Source of the DNA: Octopus sinensis
Lineage: Eukaryota
Assembly (NCBI RefSeq): GCF_006345805.1
Contig: NC_043002.1
Span: forward strand, 118,730,001-118,794,000
Direction: 5' to 3'
Length of the DNA stretch: 64,000 bases
The notes under the pieces were generated by a model. That model searched no databases. It was given only the letters and a program-made list of their open reading frames with translations, and was not told the DNA's origin. Below are positions 1-14,110 of this stretch, in pieces. Numbering within the stretch: the stretch's first letter is position 1; each line of letters begins with the position of its first letter. Made by a program: the position numbers and the translations under genes.

Positions 1-1630
1 TCTTATGTTACTGTTTACAATAGATTGTGACTGATCTTATTCTCACAATAAATGTAAAAATAGGATTCTTCCAGAAAGTTGGGGAATATACTGATCAAAA
101 TATGAGACAGAAAAACAAGAGAGAAGACTAATAATCTTGAAATTAAGTTGTTTTTATCATAAACCAGTAACAAAATACATAAATCATCATTTAATGTGTT
201 TTCCAAAGTCTTTCTTGGACCTTGAAGCAAAGTATATAATTTGATTTCACTTTCAAAAGTAGTTACCACCACATTCCTCTTTAGAAGTTGACTGACTGTA
301 TTAACATCTGTTAGAAAACTACAGACATCTGGCCTCATAAAATCATTCAACCTTTCTTTGTATGTAAAAATAAGTTGCAGCAAATAAAAAAAAAGAATTA
401 CTGAACTTGACTACTGAAAATATGTTGATATAACTAGTAAATATGTTTGTTGTCTAGCCAATCTTTTGGAGACATCTTGGGCTGTATTATCTAATAAGTT
501 GTTCTTTTTTAAAAATTCTTTGGGTAATATTTGAGAAGGGTTCTATTTCTTTTGTAGGCTGAGCAATAATGTATGTTGTTTAACTCCAAGTAAGAATGTC
601 TAAAGTACAAGAAAATGAGAACCCACAGATAGCAGTAGAAGTCATTTAATATTTTGATATTTTAGATTTTCTCAAATAACATAAAGGAAGTCCATTTTTA
701 TAGAGGTATAATAGATAATTCAATGGATCTAAGCTTCTTGCTGATATTTTATTGAGCACAGACTCAACAGGAACAAAGCTTAATACAAGAAAACATTTTG
801 GTTAAGTGTTTTACTGTCAGTGGCTTTCTTAGGAGGGTAAGAAGCTGAGTTCTTGTACCACAGAAACCTATCCCAAATGTAAAAATCAAGGGATACGCAG
901 AGTACAGTGTTGTTTTTCTTGCATCTAGCAAAATAGCTAGGATATTGATTTGATCTCATTGCCCTTAACAAAATAAAAATATGTTTTTAAAACTAAGTTA
1001 CATTAACGTCAACTTAGCACACTTATTAAACAGGAATTTAGCTTTGCTATTATACACACAACACTGACAGAGCTGGTTGGTATTAGGCAGATATTTCACA
1101 GATATTATCTAAAATATTTCTATCCTAGTAGTATAAAATGTAAATTGCAATGTTTAGCGTTTAGAAAGTTAATTAGCTGACAAGCTCAAATTGTTGATAA
1201 TCAAACTAAATGTAGGGACTAAATTATCTTTATCGCAAAATTTTGTGAAAGCTGCCAGTTAATGGTGTGTTTTTTCTATCAAGTGTTTATACAACAGCCA
1301 CTTTTAAATTGATAACCTTTCCCCAATGCTGTGTAGTCTCTGGAGTGAAATCACTAGAAATTAACAAACTCGCTGACTCGTATACTTACTTCATCGACAG
1401 GATTTATAGTGAGAGTGTAGTAGTATTTTGTAGTTTGCAATTATATACTTTACAGCTATAGTTTACAGACCCTTTCTAATTTCCAGCTCGATCTTGCATT
1501 TAGTTTTCAACAAGACTGAAGTAAATAATATTTAATATTAATACAAAACAAAAAGACAGACAGAATAGTGCCTCTAATGAAGTTCAAATACTCTTACATT
1601 CTAAATCCTTCAAAATCTTTTTAATAAGTA

Positions 1631-2021
1631 CTAGCAGTATCGCCCGGCGTTGCTCGGGCTTGTAAGGGAAATAACTATATAAGCATTTTTAGAGAGTTAT
1701 AGCCAAAAAATAGCAAAAAATGCATTAAAAATGGGGAAAAAATGGTAAATTTTTTTAAATCGTTGACTCATCGTAAACATTTTTTAGAGAGTTACTTCCC
1801 TTATATAATAGCGAAAAAATGCATTAAAATGGAAAAAATGATGGTAAATTTTTTTTTAAATCGTAGACTCATTGTAGACGCGCGCTAATACCCAGAAGGG
1901 CTCGATATGAATCACGACTATAAGATACCTGGTTTTGGTTAAACTGCACCGCAAAATGTGGGAGTAGTTAGGAATCTAAATCGTAGGAGACAGACACACA
2001 ACCTCTCTTTATATATAAAGA
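1631..2021 (-). mobile_element. Non-autonomous Helitron, copy 1
   Basis: On the minus strand it starts A|TCTTTATATAT and ends with a hairpin (CCCGAGCAACGCCGGG), 12 nt ending CTAG, then T. It sits between A and T with no TSD. Four copies in the window. Confidence 0.85.
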
Positions 2022-3116
2022 TTTCAACAGTTTTAAACTTATATTAGTGTTTCATATGAACCATTTCATTCAGAAAGGCAATAACGTTAGTGATAAGGGT
2101 TAGTTTACTGTAATATATTTTAAGATGCAATATTTCTTCCTATTCAACCAACATGAGATCAGAACTCTAAAAATAGTAAGACAGTGATGGAAGTTCAACA
2201 ACCAGCACCAAATTTTGTCTCAGCAATTGGAAACCGAAGTCAACCAAAGAAAATAACCACCCCCATAGAAAATATTTTAAACATGTCTCACCCTATCTCT
2301 AAAGATAATAAAAAAAAAAAATTTTCTTTTTAAATTAAATGAAGGGAGACACAGACAAACCAAGTTCCCACAGTGACATGAAACTGTCTCAAATTTCTCT
2401 ACAGAATCAACCTCAAGCTATAAACCAGAATTTTCTTTGCAGAGAGAGAGAGGCTAGTGAAAGTGTCACTTCCTTTCATTATAAGTTACCAACCCCTCCC
2501 ACCTGTAAGTTGATAATGTAATAGGGGGCGGGGTGAACTGTTTGGGTACATTTCCTCCCTATGTGTCAGCCTGCTCTCAAAGTTAAGTTCTTATATAAAT
2601 CCAACTTTTTCACACCCTACTTTAGTGTTGTAATCCGAGTGCCAGAACAAATACACAATACAATCAAAGTTTTGTGTCATCCCCCCACACTACTTTTTCT
2701 CTTATTATTTAAAAAAACCCACTTTACTGAAAGAATATGTTAATATATCAGAATGTTTAAGGCTATTATGTTACAATGAGACAAATATAATCTAACTAAC
2801 TGTAATTCTGTCCTAGTAACTAATCATCAATTAAAGATCATTGCATATTGTATATAACGAGGAAGTTTTGCATCTTAATATACTAAAATGCATTGGTATC
2901 TTTTCATTAGCTGCAAATGTTTTATAATTTTTTGAGGGGAGAAGGGGAGTGTCGATGTTCATGCCTTTGACAAGGTTATTATCAAATTAGGTGAAGAGCT
3001 GCGAAACCAAGTCACAATTTCTGCTGACAGACGCAATTTACTGTACTGATCACATGCATGACACTAACACGCATTATTTGCTAAAACTGCAAAACTTTTA
3101 GAGTTAATGTAAGCAT

Positions 3117-3503
3117 AGGCGCAGGAGTGGCTGTGTGGTAAGTAGCTTGCCTACCAACCACATGGTTCCGGGTTCAGTCCCACTGCATGGCACCTTGGGC
3201 AAGTGTCTTCTGCTATAGCCTCTGGCCGACCAATGCCTTGTGAGTGGATTTGGTAGATGGAAACTGAAAGAAGCCTGTTGTATATATGTATATATATATA
3301 TATGTGTATGTCCCCCTAGCATTGCTTGACAACCGATGCTGGTGTGTTTACGTCCCCGTCTCTTAGCGGTTCGGCAAAAGAGACCGATAGAATAAGTACT
3401 GGGCTTACAAAGAATAAGTCCCGGGGTCGATTTGATCGACTAAAGGCGGTGCTTCAGCATGGCCACAGTCAAATGACTGAAACAAGTAAAAGAGTAAAAG
3501 AGT
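3117..3503 (+). mobile_element. tRNA-derived SINE family A
   Basis: A-box-like TGGCTGTGTGG, B-box-like GGTTCAGTCC, CORE-like CCTTGGGCAAG, internal (TA)/(TG) microsatellite, (AGTAAAAG)n tail. About 15 copies in the window. Confidence 0.9.
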
Positions 3504-4304
3504 ATGGGAAAATAACTAATACATTGGCAGAGCTATGACATAAATCACATTTCCTAAGTTTTCTTATATTTAAAATTTTGGCAAATATAGCTTTTGTTCC
3601 TCTGAAATAGCTAGCTCTTCACCTGTTCTTCCTCATCCAAACACATTTACTATCCAGACCTCACATTAAATTGCTCACCAGAGTTACAACCTTCTGGAAC
3701 TTCCTTCAAAACCATGTGAAAAAATACATCAGGATTCTGTTTTTTCTTTATCACAGCAACTTACTTATACTTTTAATTGGTCTGAAGAAAAAGGTGTTTA
3801 ACAGACAAGTCCAAGGAGTTGTTGATTGCCACTGAAATTCTATTTCAAGAGATATAGGAGCCATTTAAGTAGTTCTTTCATTTAATGAGATCTTCACATC
3901 AACTGACAACCTCCTACGATAGTTTACTTCAAAATAAATGACACACTAAACACTTTGTCACACACACACTTAAAAGTGATAGAAGAACATAGCAAAAGAA
4001 CTAAATTGTGCATATGATTTAAGAACATTTTAAAACCTCTTCAAGAAAACTAAGAGAATGTCATTCATTACTAATGATAAAAACAGTTGTTAATCTATTT
4101 AGTCAGTTCACAGTTGTATTGCCATTGAATAAGCTCAATCAATCTCCAAAGCAAACTATATATATGATCCAGTGGTGTCACATTTAAATGACATTATCTA
4201 AGTAGTTTTGTTCAGCCCTAGGTCAACCTTAACTGAGTAATCCTATACCCAAAAGGCATTCCACCGATAATCTATCTACAACAACATTATCTAATGTGTC
4301 TCCT

Positions 4305-4514
4305 TTCGTTACCAACCCGGCTGAAACTGGCTCTGTAATACAAATGTCTTGTTTTCATAAGTTTTGAATTAAAATCTTCCACCAAACCTCAGTCACAATT
4401 TATGTTCCTAACATTAATTTAGTGATTACTAAGTTATTTTACTAATTTCTTTGTAATATTTAAAGTAATTGAAAGAAACACAGAGCATTTCAAAATAAAT
4501 ACAGTAACGGAAGG
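4305..4514. mobile_element. piggyBac-type MITE family F (left end degraded)
   Basis: Matches other F copies; right end GAAGGG|TTAA. Confidence 0.75.
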
Positions 4515-4777
4515 GTTAAAGACAATAGAGTGTGACAGGAATGAGAATTGGCAACTGCTGCTGGGAGGCCGAGTAACACCATAAAGATTCCCTTTTAGCT
4601 CACACCAACTTCTAAGTTACAGCCGAAAGAAAAAAGATTCCCAGATAATAACTAATTTCAAGAACAAAACTTAGCAGTAATGGAAGCATGAAGTTGATGA
4701 CACTCAGCTAGCATAACATCACTAAAAATGGTAAATTGTGAAATTGTGGCAATTAATTCCTGAAATAATAATAGTAA

Positions 4778-5305
4778 ATCATCATCATCATCATTTAGCG
4801 TCCGCTTTCCATGCTAGCATGGGTTGGACAGTTCAACTGGGGTCTGTGAAGCCAGAAGGCTGCACCAGGCCCAGTCTGATCTGGCAGTGTTTCTACGGCT
4901 GGATGCCCTTCCTAACGCCAACCACTCCGTGAGTGTAGTGGGTGCTTTTTACGTGCCACCGGCACAGGTGCCAGACAGAGCTGGCAGACGGTTACGGGTG
5001 GATGGTGCTTTTTATGTACCACCGGCACGGGGGCCAGGCGAGGCTGGGAACGGCCACGAACGGATGGTGCTTTTTACGTGCCACTGGCACGAGGCCAATC
5101 GGGGCGGCGCTGGCAATGGCCACGAACGGATGGTGGTGCCAGATGAGTCTGGCAAACGTCCACGAACGGATGGTGCTTTTTACGTGCCACCGGCACGGGG
5201 GCCAGGCGAGGCTGGCAATGGACACGAACGGATGGTGCTTTTTACGTGCCACCGGCACGGGAGCCAGGCGAGGCTAGCAACAGCCACAAACGGATGGTGC
5301 TTTTT
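4778..5305 (-). mobile_element. Family D: RTE LINE 3'-tail derivative with 6-7 tandem ~63-bp units
   Basis: (ATC)n tail plus ~170 bp matching the LINE 3' end at 58243-58440, then repeated GGTGCTTTTTACGTGCCAC units. Confidence 0.85.
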
Positions 5306-5613
5306 GTAAGATTAAAACCATTCTATATTAAATGCTGAGTTTAATTCAGCAACAAACTACCAGCAAGTACACAAATTCATATCTACTGCCAGCTTTTTGT
5401 CCGGAGCTCTGAAAAGGGAACTCCATGCTCAATGTCACCTCTTGTAGCACTGGGGTGTACATATCTTATATCCTAGGAATGTTACCAGTGATAAACTGAA
5501 TAGTTATCTCGCATCTGCTTAACACTACAGAATCCCATGCCTTATTGGAATATCAAATTTATAGAGTAGAATAATATATTAACGTTAATTTACTGATAAA
5601 ATACGATCATTAA

Positions 5614-6059
5614 CCCTTTCGTTACTGTATTTATTTTGAGATGTTCTGTGTTTCTTTCAATTACTTTAACCCTTTAGCATTTAAACCGGCCATATCCGGC
5701 CAAAAGTATTCTGCCTGTTTTATGTTCAAACTGGCCAGATCTGGTCTCTCACACCAACCCTACAATATTGTTTTAAAAATTAACAGCTACCTCATCAAAT
5801 TCTCATAGCTACAAGATAATGCATGATTAGTTCAAAACAATGTAGATAAAAAAGCATTAATTTTGGCAGAATAATGCGAACACTAAAGGGTTAAATATAG
5901 CAAAGAATTTAGTAAAATAACTTAGTTATCATTCAGCTTGTATTAGGATCATAAATTGTGACTAAGGTTTGGTGGAAGATTTTAATTGAAACCTTAAGCA
6001 AACGAGACATTTGTGCAACAGAGCCAGAGCCGGTTTCAGCCGGGTTGGTCACGAAAGGG
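5614..6059. mobile_element. piggyBac-type MITE F containing nested MITE E
   Basis: TTAA|CCCTTTCGTTAC ... CACGAAAGGG|TTAA; interrupted at an internal TTAA by E. Confidence 0.9.
5670..5890. mobile_element. piggyBac-type MITE family E
   Basis: TTAA|CCCTTTAG ... CTAAAGGG|TTAA, with TTAA duplicated (5666-5669 and 5891-5894). Confidence 0.9.
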
Positions 6060-6289
6060 TTAATATGAGTCACAAGGATTACTGAGATCTGCAGTATAAA
6101 AGTAATGTGCATTTGAAACTGAGAGAGTGGGAATAAATTTAAAAAAACAAAACAAAAGCAATTAAGCCCTTATTGAAAACAGTTGGTTCTGCATGTTAAA
6201 GTTGCATTACAGACACAAGATAAGATTGACAGAAAACAGAGAGAATGTGCCAAGATGTAAAAAACACTTTAGTTAAATAATCAACATGT

Positions 6290-6680
6290 AGGCGCAGGAG
6301 TGGCTGTGTGGTAAGTAGCTTGCTAACCAACCACATGGTTGCGGGTTCAGTCCCACTGCGTGGCATCTTGGGCAAGTCTCTTCTGCTATAGCCCCGGTCC
6401 GACCAATGCCTTGTGAGTGGATTTGGTAGACGGAAACTGAAAGAAGCCTGTCGTATATATGTATATATATAAATGTGTGTGTGTGTGTGTGTTTGTCCCC
6501 CTAGCATTGCTTGACAATCGATGCTGGTGTGTTTACGTCCCCGTCACTTAGCGGTTTGGCAAAAGAGACCGATAAAATAAGTACTGGGCTTACAAAGAAT
6601 AAGTCCCATGGTCGATTTGCTCGACTAAAGGCGGTGCTCCAGCATGGCTGCAGTCAAATGACTGAAACAAGTAAAAGAGT
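6290..6680 (+). mobile_element. SINE family A
   Basis: Full head, body and tail, as in the 3117 copy. Confidence 0.9.
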
Positions 6681-7959
6681 ATGTTCATTGTAGTGACTAT
6701 ATTTTCTTTAACAAAGCATGTTTGTGTGATTAAGCTAGCTTCCTAACCATGTCACTCTGGGTTCAATCCCACTGCGTAGCATCATGGGCAAGTATTTTCT
6801 ATTATAGCCCCAGGCCAACCATATACTTGTGAATAGAAACAGGATAGAAACAGGAGCAAGCACGTGTGTGTGTGTCTCCTATCACTGCTTGACAGGGTTT
6901 TTATTCATAACGGAGTTAACCAGTATTTTGCAAGTGGAATTTGGTAGATGAAAATTGTGATGGAGTTTATTCTTTATATATCATCATCATCATCATCATT
7001 TAACGTCTGGTTTCTGTGCAGTTATGGGTTGATCAGTACTTAATTACAGACATTCCTTGTCACTACTGCCATCAAAAATACTATTAATTATAAAATCCAG
7101 TGACTGAAAAATTGCAATCAGAAACCTAGAAAAACCAATGATTTATGTACTGGAAATATATAACCAATGACGTTTTTGTTCTCAAAGTAATCAATTTTCC
7201 ATACAAATATCCAATTAAAGTAAAACTGTAATTTAAAAAATGTTCATTTAACAATAGTTAAATTGTATATTCAATTAATATTCTGACTGGAAAAGAATAT
7301 TAACATTGCAGTGTCAAAGTTAGCATCTGCCTGTGTATACAGTGCTTGTCCTAGCTCGACTATGTGCCTCTGAGAGAAAGTAAATTAAGAGTGGGATGAC
7401 CTTTAGAGAAAAAACACTATAACCTTCTCATCTAACACTTTTGCTTGTCTAAAACACTATAGGATTTGGTCTAATTATGCTTCATTTCCTGTTATGAATG
7501 ACTGTGTTGACAGTCTCAAGCTTCAATAGGGGGGAAGGACCATGTTACAATCACTCACAATACACCAACAAAAGTAACAACTTCCTCAAACAAGTAGCAA
7601 CAATAATGTAGACTAAACCAATATATTTGAACAGTTTCCCCCCATATGGTGTGCTAATGATATTAAAACTAGTAAGCTAACAATGCAATGTAGCCGGAAT
7701 TCCCTATTACCTGTTTCCTTCTTGGAGCAACAATATATGAACAAAAAGAAATAAATGAAAATCAACTAAAATAAACAAAGTTTCTATCAATGTAAATAAG
7801 TAAATAGTATTTTGTGAAAACAAATCTCTAAGTTTTTCACTTAAGGGAGAAAAGAACAATATGGAAAATATAAATATTAATTCAAATAATGAATTTTCTA
7901 TTTTAAAGTAAGCTCAAACTCAAATACTAAAACACCACAAAATAAATACAGAACATTAA

Positions 7960-8146
7960 CCCTTTAGCATTTAAACCGACCATATCCGGCCAAAAGTATT
8001 CTACCTGCTTTATGTTAAAACTGGCCAGATCTGGTCTCTCACACCAACCCTACAATATTGTTTGAAAAATTAACAACTACCTCATCAAAATCTCATATCT
8101 ACAAGATAATGCCTGATTAGTTCAAAACAATGCGAACACTAAAGAG
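7960..8146. mobile_element. MITE family E (internal deletion)
   Basis: TTAA|CCCTTTAG ... CTAAAGAG|TTAA. Confidence 0.85.
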
Positions 8147-8426
8147 TTAAACGTAGAAATGTTGAAGGTAAATGAATGCAAGTTGTATAAATTGATCAAA
8201 TATGTCAGTGTCATTAAAATTGTTACATTACATGCCAAATGACTTCCACATGGAAAAAAAATTAGTAAATTAGACATCATTGTAAAAATAAAACTGTTGG
8301 GAAGTAGAAGTTAATGAAATTTAATATCTTGACAAAATTCAAAATGAGAAGATAATTTTCTTTTTTGCCCTAATGTTAGTTCTAAAAACAAGGTACTCCA
8401 CTTTCTCCCTATCTCAACTGTTTTAG

Positions 8427-8646
8427 CCCTTTAGTGTTCAGATTATTCTGTCAAATGTGATATTTGTTTATTTATATTGTTTTGAATTAATCATGCATTA
8501 TCTTGTAATTTAGAGATTTCAGTGATGAGATTTTTTAGTTTTAGAATGACATGGAAGGGCTGAGGTGAGAGACAAGATCTGGTCAGTTTCAATATAAAAG
8601 AGGTTAAATATTTTGGCCGGATATGGCCGGTTTGAATGCTAAAGGG
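8427..8646. mobile_element. MITE family E (older subtype, opposite orientation)
   Basis: CCCTTTAG ... CTAAAGGG|TTAA; reverse-complement similarity to the 5670 copy. Confidence 0.8.
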
Positions 8647-9964
8647 TTAATTAAATAAAATTATATTTTCAGTTCTCCAAGCCCTTCAGCAATCTACCAG
8701 ATAATAATGATAGACTTTTACATCACAAATAATATACAAATGCTGGATAAAAATCTCATATATCACTGGTACTGAACTCACGTATGATTGTGAGGTGCTA
8801 ATCAGTTTTATCACAAACGACACACTCATACATCGATTTTGCCATACAACACAACTCATCTACCTTTATAATAAATATGTGCCTTCAAGATTCCAATAAT
8901 AAAACTATTATTGGAATCTTTATTTGCTATAAAGGTACATGAATTTGTATCATATGGCAAGACTCAATGATACAAACCCATCTACCTTTATAACAAATAT
9001 GTTCCTTCAAGCTATTTCAAACATGAGCAATTTGACCATGCAAGTTGATACCTTAAGTTCTTCAATTTAAATTCAGTGCTAACTAGAGTAGGTGTCAGCT
9101 ATGGTAATTTTACAAAGGACCTGGAAGTATTTTTAAAAGAATACTAAATTGCAGAATACAATTCTGTGCTATGATAAATAGACACAGTATAGCAAGTGTA
9201 GTTTGCAACAGTGAGCTGTCCAATGCATATATCAAATGGACTTTGTGAAACATGACACTATGATAATTTTTTTCACATATTACCTGGTAGGTTTGGTGAC
9301 ATGGTTATCCACACAGGTGTTTAGAAACTCTACCTTTCATTGCACTACAATGCAACAATGTATACTGCATACCAAATAATGAGTAAAAAAGATTCTATAT
9401 TTTGATATGCCCAAACACAAGCACAGTACATTCATTAATTTCTGGATATTAATAAGTCAAATACAAAAGATAATTTCTTTTGATTAAATAGGAACAATTT
9501 GCTTGTTTTGTTTTTGTTTTTTTATAGAAAGGTCATTGTCAAATTTTATCTCAATATATCACTAGCACTTGCGATATCTCAACAGGTTTTTACTCAAATA
9601 TCTGAAGCAAACAGCAGTAAAACACCAATTTCACCTTTCGTCTACCTTCACATAAAATATACTATTCTACAATTTGGTAGTTTTTGTTTTTTTAAATAGT
9701 TCTGGGATCTTTGTGAATTACCATGGCTGACACCTACTTTAATTGGCACTGTATCTAAATAAAAGAATATAAGCTACCAACTTACATGGTCAAATAGTTG
9801 GTGGGGTTCTTAGTTATAATTTCATTTATTGCCATCAGTCAAAAGACCATGAAGTTCTCTAAACTGGTTTATCACATCCATATCGTCAACTGAGTTTCCT
9901 GTGAATATTGAGTGACTTTAATAAGTTGCAATATCAAGCACTTTATCATTATCATTTACATGAT

Positions 9965-10254
9965 ATCATCGTTACCAGCCTCACCTGGCCCCCGTGCCGG
10001 TGGCACGTAAAAAGCACCATCCACCCGTGGCCGTTTGCCAGTCTCGTCTGGCACCTGTGCGGGTGGCACGTAAAAAGCACCCACTACACTCACGGAGTGG
10101 TTGGCATTAGGAAGGGCATCCAGCCGTAGAAACACTGCCAGATCAGACTGGGCCTGATGCAGCCTTCTGGCTTCACAGACCCCAGTTGAACCGTCCAACC
10201 CATGCTAGCATGGAAAGCGGACGCTAAATGATGATGATGATGATGATGATGATG
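9965..10254 (+). mobile_element. Family D (RTE 3'-tail derivative)
   Basis: Two GTGGCACGTAAAAAGCAC units, the common tail and (GAT)n. Confidence 0.85.
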
Positions 10255-10498
10255 AAAGAGTTTGAACATCTTGAAGCTGACTAATCATTTTTCTTCAAAA
10301 TACAAGTAAATCTCATGGGGAAGAAACCAGTTCCTAAAGTACCCAGTTACCATCAACTAGCACCCAATCTCTTTCTTAAAAGAGGATCCTGCCAAGACCC
10401 ACTTTAATCCTTTGATCATCATATCATATTTCTGTTGAAATACACCATCTTTTGTTTCAACTTATTTTGAAAATAATGAAGAATCTAATAAAATAGCT

Positions 10499-10890
10499 TA
10501 CTCTTTTACTTGTTTCAGTCATTTGACTGCAGCCATGCTGGAGCACCGCCTTTAGTCGAGCAAATCGACCCCGGGACTTATTCTTTGTAAGCCCAGTACT
10601 TATTCTATCGGTCTCTTTTGCCGAACCGCTAAGTGACGGGGACGTAAACACACTAGCATTGGTTGTCAAGCAATGCTAGGGGGACAAACACAGACACACA
10701 AACACACACACATATATATATATACATATATACGACGGGCTTCTTTCAGTTTCCGTCTACCAAATCCACTCACAAGGCTTTGGTCGGCCCTAGGCTATAG
10801 CAGAAGACACTTGCCCAAGGTGCTATGCAGTGCGACTGAACCCGGAACCATGTGGTTCGTAAGCAAGCTACTTACCACACAGCCACTCCT
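10499..10890 (-). mobile_element. SINE family A
   Basis: Reverse complement of the family A consensus seen in the window. Confidence 0.9.
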
Positions 10891-10957
10891 AGTCATTATT
10901 AAGTTGTTGCTTGGAACATAAATTAAGTAGAAATTTTTATTGAAGGTTTTCATTTAA

Positions 10958-11565
10958 CCTTGTAGCATTTCAACCAGCCGTATCCAGCCCAAATGTTTTA
11001 CCTGTTTTTCATTCAAACTGGATAGATCTGACCTCTCACACCTACCTTACAATGTTGTTCTAAAAAAGAAACAATCACATCAGTAGGTGCAGGAGTGGCT
11101 GTGTGGTAAGTAGCCTGTCTACCAACCACATGGTTGTGGGTTCAGTCCCACTGCGTAGCACCTTGGGCAAGTGTCTTCTACTATAGCCTCGGGCCGACCA
11201 AAGCCTTGTGAGTAGATTTGGTAGACAGAAACTGAAAGAAGCCCGTCGTATATATGTGTATATATATGTATGTGTGTGTTTGTCCCTCTAGCATTGGTTG
11301 ACAACCGATGCTGGTGTGTTTACGTCCCCGTCACTTAGCGGTTCAGCAAAAGAGACCGATAGAATAAGTACTGGGCTTACAAAAGAATAAGTTCCAGGGT
11401 CGAGTTGCTCGATTAAAGGTGGTGCCCCAGCATGGCCGCAGTCAAATGACTGAAACAAGTAAAAGAGAGTGAAATCTTGAAGCTAGGAAGTAATGCATGA
11501 TTAATTCAATACAATGTGAATAAATAAGTATTACATTTGACAAAGTAATCGTAGACACTAAAAGG
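10958..11565. mobile_element. MITE E interrupted by SINE A (11085-11470, +)
   Basis: E halves with TTAA ends flank a full SINE A. Confidence 0.8.
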
Positions 11566-12215
11566 TTAATTCACTTTAAAGCAGGAAGTTTGTATCATAT
11601 AAACCAGAGTTGCGGGGGGGGGGGGGGCGTTGATATCAAATGGATTAAATACACTTGTTTCAAGTGTGCTGTTTTAGTGGTTTGTTCACCTTTGTATATC
11701 TTTTAAAATTTATATCATCCAGGTCAAAGTCTTGATTGAACATGGCTATGACCAAAGGCATTTCAGCCAGGACTATTTTTCAAGCATTGTATATTTAGGA
11801 CTACATCTTTCAATGTTTCTTCCCTAATATGAAGATAATAAGGTGTGATATGAGGGAGATTTAGCTACGATCTCTAAGAAGTAGACTCGCACATTGGCTC
11901 AAAATACCCTTTATGTGTATTGCAAATAACTTAGTAGTTCAATAAACAGACCTCTATCAGGTTCAGACTGAAATAAATACCATGACCAACGTGATCAGTT
12001 AAACTCTTGAAGGTGATGCCCCAGCTTGGCCAGTCTTATTAATGACATCAGTAAAAGAATAACTGTATAACCCATGTGCTGGCAATATGGCATATTTGTG
12101 AAGACTTGTGGAACTGAGTGAAATTGTAGTCATGGCCGATGCCAGTGACACCTAACTGGCACCCATGTGGGTGGCACGTAAAAAGCACCATCTGAGCATG
12201 GCTGATGCCAGTACC

Positions 12216-12447
12216 TATTTCTTTATTACCCACAAGGGGCTAAACATAGAGGGTACATACAAGGACAGACATAGGTATTAAGTCGATTACATCGACCCCC
12301 AGTGCGAAACTGGTACTTATTTAATCGACCCCGAAAGGATGAAAGGCAAAGTCGACCTCGGCGGAATTTGAACTCAGAACATAACAGCAGACGAAATACG
12401 GCTACGCATTTCACCCGGCGTGCTAACGTTTCTGCCAGCTCACCACC
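12216..12447 (-). mobile_element. tRNA-derived SINE family B inside a family D copy
   Basis: Reverse complement of GGCGGCAAGCTGGCAGAAACG ... GAGTTCAAATTCC ... AAAGAAATA; D sequence on both sides. Confidence 0.85.
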
Positions 12448-13726
12448 AACATGGGAAGCAGGCATTAAATGGTGATGATGATGATTATCATCAGTTCTGT
12501 TATATATCTATATGTTATACTTGTTATATATTATAATATTATGAAGGAGATGACAGAGGACTGAGATATGTGGTGCATTGCTGAACTAAAGATCTGCACA
12601 CCACAGCAAAACTGCAATCCTAAAACCAAGGTACAATGTAAAAACCATTGGTGCTGGTGTCATGTAGAAAGTACCGGTGCTGATGTCACATGGAAAACAG
12701 CCAGTACACTGTAACAAGGTTGACATTAGGAAGGGCATCCAGCTGTAGAAACCAAGCCAAAACAGAATGTGGAACCTGGTGTAGCGCCCCAGCCTTGCCA
12801 GTTACTGTCAAGCAGTCCTACTCATACCAGAATGGAAAATGGATGTCAAATGTGATGATGATGATGATGATAATGAGGCAATAATTTTGTTATATAAATT
12901 ATAATTAATACTCTTCTAGCAACAATAAACTCGCTCTTTTTTTTTTCTTTTTTTGGGAGGGGTTACTTTAGCATGGCTACAGCCCACTGCATAAAAAAAT
13001 AACAGCTAATGTAATCTAGTTTTATATTCCTTCAAAATAAATTATTCACATGTCATACATATATAAAAAGATCATAAAAAGAACTTATAAGAGAGTCTCA
13101 GTCATGTTGATTAAAAATGATATTCACTGTAATATTTGCAAACATTGATATATATTACATAAAATATATTTCATGTAATACACACAGGTTATATATCTTA
13201 ACATATAGTAACCCAGCTTTTGGAACCCTCTTTCCAAAATTAGAAGAGAGAGATATTTGATATAATGACCAATCTTTCTTGGCTTTCGTTATTCCAAAAT
13301 AGAAAGGTCACTTTAATTAGTGCAGTGACATTTCAGGCTAATCATAGTTATTTATATATCCAGAAATGGATGTTGATATAGAAGCAACACTTTATACTCA
13401 GTAATACTAAGTTTCATACAGAAAAAGACCTCGTTGAACAGAGAATCTCACAAGTGCAACAGGGGAGCCCTTATTTGGTCACTGAAACCGTTAAAAATAA
13501 CCAAATTACATTGCATCAGATTACATTCAACCATCCTGAATAAGAAAAGAACACATTAGATGATGAAATGCTAAATAACCCTAGAAACATACAATGCACA
13601 CAGCTTGATAAGTCTCCTTGACTAGAGCTGATTTTGAGCTTAACATTGTCCTAAGGCAAACCTGAATATGTATTTATGAAATAAATCACATTTTTAAAGG
13701 GAGGAGAGTTATAATTTTATACAAAA

Positions 13727-14110
13727 CTAGCAGTATCGCCCAGCGTTGCTCGGGTTTGTAAGGGAAATAACTATATAAGCATTTTTAGAGATGTAAAGTA
13801 TAATAGCCATCTCAATATGGCTAACCACAAAGGGGGGGGGTGTTACTGTAGCTTTTTACGTTCTGAGATTTAATAAATTTTTAGAGAGTTACTTCCCTTA
13901 TATATATGCCAAAAATGCATTAAAAAATGGGAAAAATTCATGGTAAATTTTTTTTTAAATCGTAGACTCATCGTAGACGCGCGCTAATACCCAGAAGGGC
14001 TCGATATGAATCACGACTATAAGATAAACTGCACCGCAAAATGTGGGAGTAGTTAGGAATCTAAATCGTAGGAGACAGACAGCACACAACCTTACTTTTA
14101 TATATAAAGA
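13727..14110 (-). mobile_element. Non-autonomous Helitron, copy 2 (extra internal segment ~13792-13877)
   Basis: Same A|TC and CTAG|T termini as copy 1. Confidence 0.85.

Noticed and set aside
15-971. ORFs 15-383 and 780-971 as a host gene
   Set aside because: No recognisable motif; intervening stops in all frames; cannot be supported from sequence alone.
3104-3538. Recurrent ORFs such as MTTDAGVFTSP... and MLGG...HLPK
   Set aside because: They are reading frames of SINE A, recurring with indels and stops; not genes.
4824-5309. Repetitive ORFs (also 19112-19594, 16432-16824 and 28783-29103)
   Set aside because: Artefacts of the 63-bp (3n) tandem unit in family D; open in several frames and on both strands.
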